41,371 nt of DNA, from the IMG/VR virus record IMGVR_UViG_3300045988_035840. One strand, 5' to 3'. Positions 6,315 through 14,822 of this stretch are shown one piece after another. The notes under the pieces were generated by a model. It saw only the letters and a list, made by a program, of their open reading frames with translations. It was not told the origin of the DNA and did no database searches. How positions within the stretch are numbered: the first letter of the stretch is position 1; the number at the start of each line of letters is the position of its first letter. This DNA comes from a virus. The translations under genes were made by a program, and so were the position numbers.

Positions 6315-6653
6315 TTAAATGCAAATCGGCTCTACGTCCTTGTTTAGAAGGGTCGCTTGTGCCGTGGCAAGTCGATAAACTCGAGACGTACTGATATAGG
6401 TGTAAGCCATCTTGCTCAGATGTCTCACTGCTGAAACGGTGCGGTTTAATACGGTCGCAGTGGTCGTAATGCTGAATCCTGCGTGTATCATCTGCTCAAC
6501 GACCATACATCGTGTCATTACGAGGTTTTCCGCTCTCGACTTGCCGAGAACGTCTTCTCTCGTAATACTTAATTTTCCGTCCGGAAGTTCAATGGCACAA
6601 CACTTGATTACGTTGTCTATAACTCGCCATAGTTCTTTCTCCTTGTCATTCAT
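6315..6653 (-). CDS. HTH protein resembling DnaA domain IV (112 aa)
   Basis: LGKSRAENLVMTRCMVVEQMIHAGFSITTTATVLNRTVSAVRHLSKMA follows the DnaA C-terminal HTH pattern (R...v..R.iam.l....g.s...ig..l.r.hstV.h). Assignment is from memory of the motif. Confidence 0.5.
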   Translation of the reverse strand: MNDKEKELWRVIDNVIKCCAIELPDGKLSITREDVLGKSRAENLVMTRCMVVEQMIHAGFSITTTATVLNRTVSAVRHLSKMAYTYISTSRVYRLATAQATLLNKDVEPICI

Positions 6654-6710
6654 ATATAATTTATTAAAATTATTGTATATTATTATATATATTTTCGAAC
6701 GAAAATTGTA

Positions 6711-7013
6711 TTATTCTGCCCCCAGCATAGAATCAATCATGCCGTCAATGGCTTCATCGGTCATGCTCTTCTTGATAGAAGGATCTGCGCCAATTGACTT
6801 CATCATCATAGCTACCCAGGGGTTGTCACTCTCCAGAGTGGATTGTATCTGCTCCTTGTATGCTTCGTGAAGTTCGCCCGATTCCTTGAAATCTAAAAGA
6901 ACCGTGCGCAAGGCTTTTACTGCGTAGTTATCCATCAGCAAGGGGTTGTCCCTTGCCGATGATAATTTAGTAAGAAGCACAGCCAGTGCTTCGTGTAATT
7001 GTTTCTTCTTCAT
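6711..7013 (-). CDS. Hypothetical protein (100 aa)
   Basis: ATG ORF in an AT-rich stretch. Confidence 0.55.
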   Translation of the reverse strand: MKKKQLHEALAVLLTKLSSARDNPLLMDNYAVKALRTVLLDFKESGELHEAYKEQIQSTLESDNPWVAMMMKSIGADPSIKKSMTDEAIDGMIDSMLGAE

Positions 7014-7047
7014 ATTGTCTTACTTTTAAATTTCTAAAGTCAGCGAC

Positions 7048-7146
7048 TTAGAGTTCAAGTTTACCACCACAAGCATATCTTCTTGAGGTCTTAGTAACTC
7101 CTGCTTTAGGAGTTACTGGTTTTGCTCTACCTGTTTTATTTCTCAT
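7048..7146 (-). CDS. Small basic ORF (32 aa), absent from the ORF track
   Basis: Hand translation gives MRNKTGRAKPVTPKAGVTKTSRRYACGGKLEL. It fills the otherwise empty gap between 7172..7597 and 6711..7013. Confidence 0.3.
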   Translation of the reverse strand: MRNKTGRAKPVTPKAGVTKTSRRYACGGKLEL

Positions 7147-7171
7147 AATAATTTATTTTATTTATACAATT

Positions 7172-7597
7172 TTATTTGTTTTGAACAAACTCTGCAACAG
7201 TAAGTGTATCATCATCTGTCTTGATTAAGCGTACATAGATATTCCATGCCATAGCCAAATTTTCAATCTTATTAAAAAGTGGACCATGTGATGACAGTTG
7301 CATTTTATACATGTAGTTATTATTATTGGTATAGCAATAAATGTTACCTCCTTGTGCTCCTGCGTAGAATATCTCCAAGATACTTCCTCTCGATGCCTTT
7401 TGAAACCAATTGTATACGTTGATATTCTGTGAAAAATCCATATTAACAATCTGATGATTTGCAACAAATGGAATACTTACATGTCCACTGTTGTCTAGTT
7501 CAGTTCTATAATCCGAAGTATTAACAATAGCTGTGCCAAAACTTGCTTTTATTTTCGTCCAAAGATGGTTTAGTCCATTTTTATCTAAGAAATTCAT
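7172..7597 (-). CDS. Short tail-fibre paralogue or receptor-binding cassette (141 aa)
   Basis: The N-terminus MNFLDKNGLNHLWTKIK parallels MQFLDAIGLASFWEKIK of 7611..8711. The gene looks AT-richer than its neighbours by eye. Confidence 0.5.
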   Translation of the reverse strand: MNFLDKNGLNHLWTKIKASFGTAIVNTSDYRTELDNSGHVSIPFVANHQIVNMDFSQNINVYNWFQKASRGSILEIFYAGAQGGNIYCYTNNNNYMYKMQLSSHGPLFNKIENLAMAWNIYVRLIKTDDDTLTVAEFVQNK

Positions 7598-7610
7598 ATA
7601 ACCCCCCTTT

Positions 7611-8711
7611 CTAATTTAATGCATCAATTACCGATATTGGGATTGCGCTGTCTGCTGTTGCACCAGTGGAGATGCCGTTCAACTTGGTTTTGAGTGCTGC
7701 CGTGAAGTCTTCGGTCGAAAGCCCCTTCCCGCTTACCACGTCTACTTTCTTCGCAAGGGCTGCTTTTACGTCTGCCGTCTTGGCATAAGGCGACAAGTCG
7801 TAGGTGGTGTTCGTGTCAGTCCATGGAACGTTAACATAAGCCTTACCGCTTCCATCTAGCAGGACGGCATAATTACGACCGCTTGTACCATAACCTATAA
7901 GAATACCACCCAACACCGATGCACTGGCAGTAGGCAGGGTGTAATTGTTTGCACCATCCGCAATGCCATCTAGCTTAGCCTTATCGGAGGCTCTCATGAA
8001 GCCGTTTTGACCAGCAAAAGGTCTGTTCCCAGTAGTTCTGGGTTCAGCAAGAGGTACATCCGCTACTTTCTCCCTCCCATCACCTAGTGTATATACAAGA
8101 TTTCGAATTGAAGTGTTTGAAATATAAGACCCATCGGATTCTACACCTCTGAAATCCATTTTTATTACCGATTCCGTCTTTTTGGCGTAAGGCGTTAAAT
8201 CGACCTTCACGGTGTGAGTACCGATTTTTTCCCACGCACCATTGGTATAGTAATACTCTTGATACACATCGTTGGCATCGCTTCCGTCCTTAACGATGTA
8301 TATCTTGTTACTCTCGCCCGATGAAGGAAGGCTGGTTACCATCTTGAACAAAGATGTATCGAGGTTGCCAAGTTGTGTGAGCGGGATTCTTCCGTTGGCA
8401 TCAAGTCCACAAATGCCGTTGGCTGCATTCAAAGGTTTCACACTTCCGTCTGCCATTAACACTTGGGATGCAGTACCTCCAGTCCTCACGATTTTTATAG
8501 CTTCCATTCCATTTTCATCCACAGTGAAAATGTCTATAGTTTCATTTTCATTACCACTTTCTGATACATTTAGTTGTTCACCATCAATTACATACTGTAA
8601 ACCACTAAAAGGAGTAATTTCACCACCTTTTGTGCTTAAAAAACGAGAATCAGCCCATTCCTTAATCTTCTCCCAAAAGGAAGCAAGTCCAATTGCGTCT
8701 AAAAATTGCAT
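7611..8711 (-). CDS. Tail fibre protein (366 aa)
   Basis: The N-terminal FLD..GL..FW.KIK motif, FMRASDKAKLDGIADGANNYTLP, a repeated DL(T/S)PYAK motif and GLSTEDFTAALKTKLNGI are fibre-type motifs. Confidence 0.65.
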   Translation of the reverse strand: MQFLDAIGLASFWEKIKEWADSRFLSTKGGEITPFSGLQYVIDGEQLNVSESGNENETIDIFTVDENGMEAIKIVRTGGTASQVLMADGSVKPLNAANGICGLDANGRIPLTQLGNLDTSLFKMVTSLPSSGESNKIYIVKDGSDANDVYQEYYYTNGAWEKIGTHTVKVDLTPYAKKTESVIKMDFRGVESDGSYISNTSIRNLVYTLGDGREKVADVPLAEPRTTGNRPFAGQNGFMRASDKAKLDGIADGANNYTLPTASASVLGGILIGYGTSGRNYAVLLDGSGKAYVNVPWTDTNTTYDLSPYAKTADVKAALAKKVDVVSGKGLSTEDFTAALKTKLNGISTGATADSAIPISVIDALN

Positions 8712-8730
8712 AATCTATTGTTTTAAATTG

Positions 8731-9240
8731 TTATTTACTAGTAATATCTGTTATCTGTTCCTCCGTGATTGCTGGAGGGAAGTCCTTCGTCACGATGTCG
8801 GTCACTCTGTTTGAAATATCCTTGTAGATGTCCGTGCCGAGTTTTTTTGCTGTCACGCTGCCGTCTCTGATGTTTCCAGTTGATATACAGTCCTCGGTCA
8901 GATGGTCGTGTTTGACCGCTCCCGGTTGTAGCTTATCTGAGGTCACACAATTGGATGCTAGGTGTCTGTTCTTTACAGAGCCATCGGCAAGCTTCGCTGC
9001 CGTTATCGCCCCATCCGCAATTTGCGCTTCCGTTATTGTTATCTTGGCGAGTTCACTCTTGATAATCCTAACGACCGCATCGTTCTCCAGTTTGTCGTCC
9101 ATCATGGCAAGCATCCTGCTTAACTCGACAACGATGTCGTAAATTTCCGTGCCGACACGCACCGCTGTGTTTTCTCCAACCTGCGTTGCATCTCGTATCA
9201 GCTCTGCCATACGGAGCATTTTTTGAATATCCTCGTTCAT
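8731..9240 (-). CDS. Fibre/neck-associated protein with repeated DG(A/S)(I/V)T..KL motifs (169 aa)
   Basis: IADGAITAAKLADGSVKNRHLASNCVTSDKLQPGAVKHDHLTEDCISTGNIRDGSVTAKKL shows about five tandem repeats of 11-12 aa. Confidence 0.5.
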   Translation of the reverse strand: MNEDIQKMLRMAELIRDATQVGENTAVRVGTEIYDIVVELSRMLAMMDDKLENDAVVRIIKSELAKITITEAQIADGAITAAKLADGSVKNRHLASNCVTSDKLQPGAVKHDHLTEDCISTGNIRDGSVTAKKLGTDIYKDISNRVTDIVTKDFPPAITEEQITDITSK

Positions 9241-9253
9241 GTCTTATGTGCTT

Positions 9254-9820
9254 TTAGTTGCCTATTGCGTGAATGTGTGCCCTCGTTCCTCGCTGTGCCT
9301 TCACTTCCCCTTTCGGGGTGAATGCCTTGAGATATTCGAGTGCATCTGATAAATATCTTTCTGCCATGTCCATGATGTCGTTGTATTGCTTGTTGTTCGA
9401 CAAATCTTGAACATGGTCTGAATAATCGTCTCTGTGTCGCATTCCACCTGCTCGGCTTATAATTGTGCCATCGGCACGAAAAAGCCTCGCATACGTGAAA
9501 TAAGCGAGTGCTTTGCGTATTCCGCTGGTGTACTTCTGCACCTTGGTTTCTTCTTGGCTGCAATCGCCCTCCTTCTTGGTGGCGTATTCGCCACCGTCCA
9601 GGAATACCGCAGGCTGGAAATCGGGCAATACTGAATCGCCCCACTCTCCCTGCTCGGTCGCTGCCTTGAACCGCTTATACCCGATGGCTGGTATGATGTT
9701 CGCATCTTCGCATTCCCGAATGTATGCGTTCACATCATCCTCATCTAGGTGTGTGCTGGTCGGTCGTGCCAGTTCTCGGAACTGATCAACCGTGATAAGT
9801 TGTTTTCTCTGTTCTCCCAT
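9254..9820 (-). CDS. Head-tail connector-like protein (188 aa from the ATG at 9820)
   Basis: The track start at 9832 is a TTG. The first ATG lies 8 nt after the portal-like stop. The N-terminus ITVDQFRELARPTSTHLDEDDVNAYIRECEDANIIPAIG resembles gp6-type connector N-termini. Confidence 0.45.
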   Translation of the reverse strand: MGEQRKQLITVDQFRELARPTSTHLDEDDVNAYIRECEDANIIPAIGYKRFKAATEQGEWGDSVLPDFQPAVFLDGGEYATKKEGDCSQEETKVQKYTSGIRKALAYFTYARLFRADGTIISRAGGMRHRDDYSDHVQDLSNNKQYNDIMDMAERYLSDALEYLKAFTPKGEVKAQRGTRAHIHAIGN

Positions 9821-9828
9821 AGGCTCAA

Positions 9829-11007
9829 TCAATCTATCGTGTTGTTCCCTGCCACCTCGCTGCTGATATACTTTAGCGGCTGAAGTTTGGGGTCTAGGTT
9901 CTGAATGGCTGGGTCGTGCCAGTTCTTGAAAATCTTCCTGAAGGCTCGCTCGATGAATCGCTGCTCGGTCGTCACTTCGCCTGCATAGTACTCGTAAGCG
10001 TCCTGCATAACTTGTCCGCTGAATCCCAGCTTTCCAATACGGATGGAGTAGAAGAGTTCTTGATGGAACTGTGCGTAGATGCGCTCGATAACGCTGCTGT
10101 CGGTTACGGAAAACTCCTTGTCGAAGTTCTTCGTAGGGAAAGCCACAACCTTCGGTTCGTCTTCCTCGTTCTCGACCTCTACAGCAAGTATCTTCGCTGT
10201 ATTCTCGTCCCCTTGGAACTGCAAAAGGTCTTCATCGGAAATCATCTGTCCGCTCTCCACCTCTTCGCCTTCCTCGTTGAACTTAGGCACGCCCTTCTTG
10301 GTTACAAGCATACACGATACGAGGAAGTTGTTGCGGACGTTTCTCATCTTGACGTTGCCCAGTCCCTCATCGGTCGAAATCTCCGTGATGGCTGAATCAT
10401 AGCTGGCTGTAGGATAAATGAACTGTCCGTCTAGGCTCTGCCACAGAATCTGCCCCTTGTAGCTGTCGATGCCTCCTGCGTTTTCAATCTGCTCAAGGAC
10501 GATGTCGGGGTCGGGGTTGAATACGTTGATGCGCTCGATAGTCTTGTCGTTCACCATCAACCGCTTTCCGTTCCTCGTTTTCTTCTGTTCCCAGTCTGGA
10601 TGCAGCAAGACGTGCGCCACGTTCCCCTTGTCGTCCGTCTCTTCAAGGCGGCAATTTTCAAAGGGTACGTGGCTCACGCTCGACACCTGCCCTAGAACGT
10701 TGTAGTTTACATGAAGGGCAAAGCCTCCAAAGCGTGCGAGGTCTTGCGCTACGTTCCGGAGCAAATCGTCTGCCGTGTCCCCCTGCTGGTTCATCGCCAA
10801 CGATGCTAGAATGTCGCTATCAAAGCCGTAGCCCTCGATGAATCGAGCATATCGGTTAAGGCAAAGCATTGCCGTACCGCTGGCTTCCGTGATGCGTGCG
10901 AGGTTCTGCGGATATAGATTATCATATCCGTACGCCTGCATCTTGAATCGGCTGACGTAGCCAACATCAACCCTTCGCTTTGGCTTCTTAACTGTCTTAA
11001 CGTTCAT
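9829..11007 (-). CDS. Portal protein candidate (392 aa)
   Basis: Size, acidic stretches, the motif YDNLYPQNLARITEASGTAMLCLNRYARFIEGYG, and a position before a connector-like gene. There is no better portal candidate elsewhere. Confidence 0.45.
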   Translation of the reverse strand: MNVKTVKKPKRRVDVGYVSRFKMQAYGYDNLYPQNLARITEASGTAMLCLNRYARFIEGYGFDSDILASLAMNQQGDTADDLLRNVAQDLARFGGFALHVNYNVLGQVSSVSHVPFENCRLEETDDKGNVAHVLLHPDWEQKKTRNGKRLMVNDKTIERINVFNPDPDIVLEQIENAGGIDSYKGQILWQSLDGQFIYPTASYDSAITEISTDEGLGNVKMRNVRNNFLVSCMLVTKKGVPKFNEEGEEVESGQMISDEDLLQFQGDENTAKILAVEVENEEDEPKVVAFPTKNFDKEFSVTDSSVIERIYAQFHQELFYSIRIGKLGFSGQVMQDAYEYYAGEVTTEQRFIERAFRKIFKNWHDPAIQNLDPKLQPLKYISSEVAGNNTID

Positions 11008-11037
11008 ACTGCTTGTGTCGTTTTACTTGTTGTTTTA

Positions 11038-11547
11038 TTACTCTTCCTTGCCTGCTTTTTCGGCTTGGTCGAGGTCTTTCTTCTTGTCGCTGCCTGCTGC
11101 TTTTTCGGCAGGATCTTTCCCGGTGGTATCATCTGCACCGCTGTCGCTGCCTGCTGGCGGCTGCTTGTTCTCGATGAGTTCATCGCTGGGTATCTTCTGA
11201 AAGTAACTTTCCATGTGTGGGTACTTCGTCAGATATTCGTGCGCTACCTTGTCGGTCAGGTTCTCGTTAGTGAAAATCTTACCATGGTAGAAATCCGGGC
11301 AGGAAATGATAAAACCTGCCTTCATTGCGTAATTACATGTTTTTGGCATTGCCTTTTCTTTTTTGAGTTTTAGATAAATTTCGATTAAAGCATCGTGGTA
11401 ACACTGCTGGCAGGTTGTCGGAACTAACCGCTTGCGTGTTACCTCGAAATATAGAGTTTCAATAACTGCCTTGTCGGTTGCATCAAAGGGACTGTCGAAA
11501 CGTGCCTTCAACTCCCCGACCTTGGCTGTTGCTTCCTTGTATGTCAT
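11038..11547 (-). CDS. Hypothetical virion-module protein (169 aa, acidic/lysine-rich tail)
   Basis: ATG ORF between the structural genes. Confidence 0.6.
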   Translation of the reverse strand: MTYKEATAKVGELKARFDSPFDATDKAVIETLYFEVTRKRLVPTTCQQCYHDALIEIYLKLKKEKAMPKTCNYAMKAGFIISCPDFYHGKIFTNENLTDKVAHEYLTKYPHMESYFQKIPSDELIENKQPPAGSDSGADDTTGKDPAEKAAGSDKKKDLDQAEKAGKEE

Positions 11548-11550
11548 AGG

Positions 11551-12141
11551 CTACGCTGCTGCTTCCGTCAGAAGGCTCTTATACTTGGCTGCTGTGGTCT
11601 CGCTGTCTGTGTCGAAGAAGAAATAAGCTGCCTTCGGTACGCTCTCCTCTTCCAGCGTGATAAGCCAGCCACCCTCGGTGTCGTCTGAGTACTTGTCGTT
11701 CTCGCCTGCACTTGCCTTCAGTGCCTGCGCATATCCGAACACCTGATACTCTGCATTTCCGTCCGCTCCCTTAGAGAGGTTGCGCAGGATGATAACGAAC
11801 TTTCCGTTCGCCAGTCCGTCAATGATATTTGCGCAAACGTCAGGTGTGTTTGCCAATACCACGACTGCTACGGTATTCTTCCAGCTGTTGCGATACGTGC
11901 CAACGGTCAGCTCGGTCTTGGTTCCAGTGAATGGCTTGCTGCCTTCCTGCCGGATAGCGTATGCTTTCTTGCCAGTCTTCAAAACTAATGTTTTAATTAT
12001 ATTGCCCACTACAACGGACTTGGTGAAGTCAATGTCGTCTCGGTTGATGATAAGTCCATCGCCCTCAAGTCCCTTTGTTACCTGGTCTTCGCAAGGGATG
12101 ATGATGTCCTGGGCGATAAGGCTCTCGCAAGTTGTTGTCAT
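11551..12141 (-). CDS. Virion structural protein (196 aa; tail-tube-like or decoration protein, unresolved)
   Basis: ATG ORF directly after the capsid gene, with beta-rich composition. No firm motif. Confidence 0.55.
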   Translation of the reverse strand: MTTTCESLIAQDIIIPCEDQVTKGLEGDGLIINRDDIDFTKSVVVGNIIKTLVLKTGKKAYAIRQEGSKPFTGTKTELTVGTYRNSWKNTVAVVVLANTPDVCANIIDGLANGKFVIILRNLSKGADGNAEYQVFGYAQALKASAGENDKYSDDTEGGWLITLEEESVPKAAYFFFDTDSETTAAKYKSLLTEAAA

Positions 12142-12166
12142 ATTAATTCGTTTTTAATTGTTATAT

Positions 12167-12194
12167 CCCCAACACCGTTTTGTGGGTGTTGAGG
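12167..12194 (-). other. Hairpin downstream of the major capsid gene
   Basis: Minus strand reads CCTCAACACC-CACAAAAC-GGTGTTGGGG (one bulged base). No T-run follows, so it is more likely an RNA-stability or attenuation element than a full terminator. Confidence 0.5.
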
Positions 12195-12237
12195 ATTGTC
12201 AAAAATAACTTAATACTAAACTGAAAATTTGGAGCGA

Positions 12238-13314
12238 TTAGTAAGCTGCATGGATCATGTCCTCTTCGAGGAGAGCCGTGCCAATCTTACCAGTAGCATA
12301 GAGATAGTCTCTGCGCTCCTTCTGGTCGAACCAGATGTCGAGGTCGCTGATGAGATTGTCTGCGTCTGTACCAATCATAAGGTGCTTAGGGTTGCAGAAT
12401 ACCGCACGGTGTGGAAGGTTGACTGTCGTTGCGCCCTTCTCGTATGCTTTAATCATTCTGTCCCAGATGCCGACACGTGCAATCTTCACTCCGTTGTAGG
12501 TCGCTACTTCGAAGCCATCGAACAACTTCTCCCATGGCATAATGTCGTGGTAGGTCTTCTTGAGGTCGTAGGTCAATGCGTCAGCAAGCGAGCGTGTCAT
12601 GAGCAATACGGCATCGCTGTCGTCAACGATACGTGTGTCTGCATCCATCAAAATGGTGTCTACAAGTGTAGTAGCCGCACCACTCTTGCGCAATGCAGAA
12701 ATCTGCAATGCTGCCGTGGTCTCGCTGTTGGCTGCGATGGTGGTATGGTTCTTTGTCGCTGTGGCTGTAAAGATGCGCTTGAACAGACCATCGCAGACGT
12801 TGAAATTACTGACATCTAAGCCTGCCGTCAGCTTGCCGCCACCGCCACCTTCTTCACTTGCCAGTGTTGCTTCCTTGTCGCCAAGCCAGCCGAAACGCCA
12901 AATCATCTGCTGCATGGCTCGCTGGAGTGCATCTGCATAGATGGTCATGAAGTCGGTGCTGGTGAGGTCGCCAATGGCTGTACCAGTCTTTAACGAATAC
13001 TCTGCGATGGTTCCCTTCAATGCCTCGTAGCAAATCTTGAGAGGGATTTCCCACTGTCCGAGTTCCCAACGCTTCTGAGAATTTGCGATACCCTTCTCCT
13101 CATAGGTAGGGTCGCAACCGCCACCCTTCTTACCGACCATTTCCATCTCTCCGAGAAGAGCGATAGGGTCTTTCTCTTTGACCTTCTGAATGTTCACGAA
13201 TGAGGAGAAGTCTTCATCGTTGTAGAAGGTTTCCTGCACGGCATCCTTGATGCTTGCGAGGTTTTCGGGCTCGAGTTTAAGGTTCTCGAGCTGCCGTTTT
13301 GTAAATCCTGCCAT
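12238..13314 (-). CDS. Major capsid protein (HK97-fold type, 358 aa)
   Basis: Size and position immediately after the prohead protease/scaffold gene, with a Gly-rich loop (EEGGGGGKL). Typical capsid-gene context. Confidence 0.7.
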   Translation of the reverse strand: MAGFTKRQLENLKLEPENLASIKDAVQETFYNDEDFSSFVNIQKVKEKDPIALLGEMEMVGKKGGGCDPTYEEKGIANSQKRWELGQWEIPLKICYEALKGTIAEYSLKTGTAIGDLTSTDFMTIYADALQRAMQQMIWRFGWLGDKEATLASEEGGGGGKLTAGLDVSNFNVCDGLFKRIFTATATKNHTTIAANSETTAALQISALRKSGAATTLVDTILMDADTRIVDDSDAVLLMTRSLADALTYDLKKTYHDIMPWEKLFDGFEVATYNGVKIARVGIWDRMIKAYEKGATTVNLPHRAVFCNPKHLMIGTDADNLISDLDIWFDQKERRDYLYATGKIGTALLEEDMIHAAY

Positions 13315-13346
13315 TATTTTCTTTGATTTAATGGGTTAATACTCTA

Positions 13347-14624
13347 TTACTTCTTGCCCTTTTTGTGGAGTTTTGCAAGTCTCTCCTTGATAGCGTTCTT
13401 GCCTTCCTCGACAGCGTTCACGTTGTCGCCTGCGCCCTTGCCGCTTGGCTGTCGCTGTGCTGGCTGGTAGTGGCTGCTGTAGCCTGCCAGCACCTTCTCA
13501 GCACCGCCTGCCATCTTCACGGCATTCAGGATGCGCATGTCTTCCTTGCTCTTTGCGAGTTTCTGTGCGCCTGCTAGCTGTGCCTTGGTGTCGTTCAACT
13601 GCTGTTTGAGTGCTGCTACCTGCTGTTTCAACTTGGCTACGGTTTCGTTGTCGGTGCTTGATGCGCTGCCGCCATCACCGCCTTCACCGCCCTCATTGTC
13701 GGTGTCGTTGTCGGTGTTGTCTGCGGTCTGAATGTCGGTAATTACACCGTCCTCGACAACAATTGTCTTACCGTCCGGCATTTCAAACGTTCCGTCCGGA
13801 CTTGCCTTGTCGCCAACTTGTGGATCTCCCTCTTCACGCTCAACGGTCAGAACTTGACCGTCCGATGTGTTGAGTTCCATCGCCTTTGGCTCTGCCTTGG
13901 CTTGTGGCTCTGCCACCGCCTGCTCTGCTTCCTCCAGTGTCTTCACGCCCAACTTTGCGAGAATCTTGTCTAGGAGAGAAGCCTTTACTTCTGTTTTCTT
14001 CTCCATTGCTTTTGGATTTTGTTGTTTTGAATTAATGAATTGTTCTATGTTGCGTTTCGATGCGCTTGCGCTGATTGGTGCAACGGTGCTGCTGATAAGA
14101 CCTAGGCGCAATGCTTCGCTGGTGTTGATGAAGATGTCCTTATCCATCAAGGTCTGTATCTCTTCCCGGTCGCACTCGCACCGCTCTACGTATGCGTCCA
14201 CAAACTTATCCTGCCACATCTGCATTTCCTCGCCCAGGTTCTTCAAGTCCTTTGCGCTCAGCTGGTCGCCCAACCCCCAGCCAGGAACATACGGATTGTG
14301 CAGCAGGAAGGCAGCGTTCTCGTATGCCTTACGGTTCTCCTTTGGTGCTGCGAGCATGATGATTGTTGCCATGGATGCTGCCTTGCCCTCAACGGTGCAG
14401 GAAATCTTCTTGCCGCTCTGTCGCAGTCGGTCGTAGATTGCCCAGCCTTCAATCACCGAGCCGCCATTGCAGAAGATGCGCATATCGATTGTATCATCGT
14501 CTTTCGGTATGCTTGCCGCAAAAGCATCTATGTCCTGAAAACATACGCAGTCGCCTCCCCACCATTGATACCAAAACTTGTTGTCTTGGCTGTCGATGTC
14601 GTTGTATATTCTGAGTTTTGCCAT
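13347..14624 (-). CDS. Prohead protease (ClpP/S49-like) fused to a scaffold-like C-terminal domain (425 aa)
   Basis: The N-terminal half has IDMRIFCNGGSVIEGWAIYDRL...GKAASMATIIMLAAP...LLHNP, a ClpP-type pattern. The C-terminal half is Ala/Lys/Glu-rich and coiled-coil-like. Confidence 0.7.
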   Translation of the reverse strand: MAKLRIYNDIDSQDNKFWYQWWGGDCVCFQDIDAFAASIPKDDDTIDMRIFCNGGSVIEGWAIYDRLRQSGKKISCTVEGKAASMATIIMLAAPKENRKAYENAAFLLHNPYVPGWGLGDQLSAKDLKNLGEEMQMWQDKFVDAYVERCECDREEIQTLMDKDIFINTSEALRLGLISSTVAPISASASKRNIEQFINSKQQNPKAMEKKTEVKASLLDKILAKLGVKTLEEAEQAVAEPQAKAEPKAMELNTSDGQVLTVEREEGDPQVGDKASPDGTFEMPDGKTIVVEDGVITDIQTADNTDNDTDNEGGEGGDGGSASSTDNETVAKLKQQVAALKQQLNDTKAQLAGAQKLAKSKEDMRILNAVKMAGGAEKVLAGYSSHYQPAQRQPSGKGAGDNVNAVEEGKNAIKERLAKLHKKGKK

Positions 14625-14656
14625 TGAATCGGTATTTTTTAAGTTTTAAAACGCTG

Positions 14657-14697
14657 CAAAGATACGATATTTTTCAATATGTTTATCTCGTAAGCAG
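14657..14697 (-). promoter_or_regulatory. -7 box TATCTTTG with an upstream dyad variant, ahead of the head-gene block
   Basis: Plus caaagata at 14657-14664. Dyad variant GTTTATCTCGTAAGCAG at 14681-14697 sits over the expected -33 position. No clear TTTG at -33. Confidence 0.45.
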
Positions 14698-14722
14698 TTA
14701 ATTTTTCTAAACAAGCCCAAAT

Positions 14723-14799
14723 TTTGCGCTCTAAGCGGCTTTTATTACCTTTGGTGTGTAACTTTACCACCTTTAAGCAAAAACCGCTCAGAACGCAAA
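14723..14799 (-). repeat. Long inverted repeat forming a 16-bp stem in the minus-sense RNA
   Basis: Arms are 14784-14799 and 14723-14738. Minus-sense TTTGCGTTCTGAGCGG pairs with CCGCTTAGAGCGCAAA using two G.U pairs; the plus sense would have two A.C mismatches. The loop is 45 nt. Confidence 0.7.
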
Positions 14800-14822
14800 T
14801 CTTGATAAAATAACTGCAACCC

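Noticed and set aside
7172-9240. Diversity-generating retroelement acting on the fibre genes
   Set aside because: The window has no reverse transcriptase ORF, and I found no template/variable repeat pair with adenine-specific differences.
9237-9705. Alternative-frame ORFs inside 9254..9832 (9237..9644, 9457..9705 and 9513..9785), and similar nested ORFs inside the tape-measure, capsid and protease genes
   Set aside because: They are Arg/Ser/Pro-rich off-frame translations nested within better-supported genes.
14786-14800. The 15-nt identity between 14786-14800 and 40564-40578 as proof of a repeat family
   Set aside because: A rough estimate gives on the order of one chance 15-mer match in 41 kb counting both strands. 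The identity alone is therefore not significant. I mention it only because both copies are intergenic and sit next to dyad-family sites.
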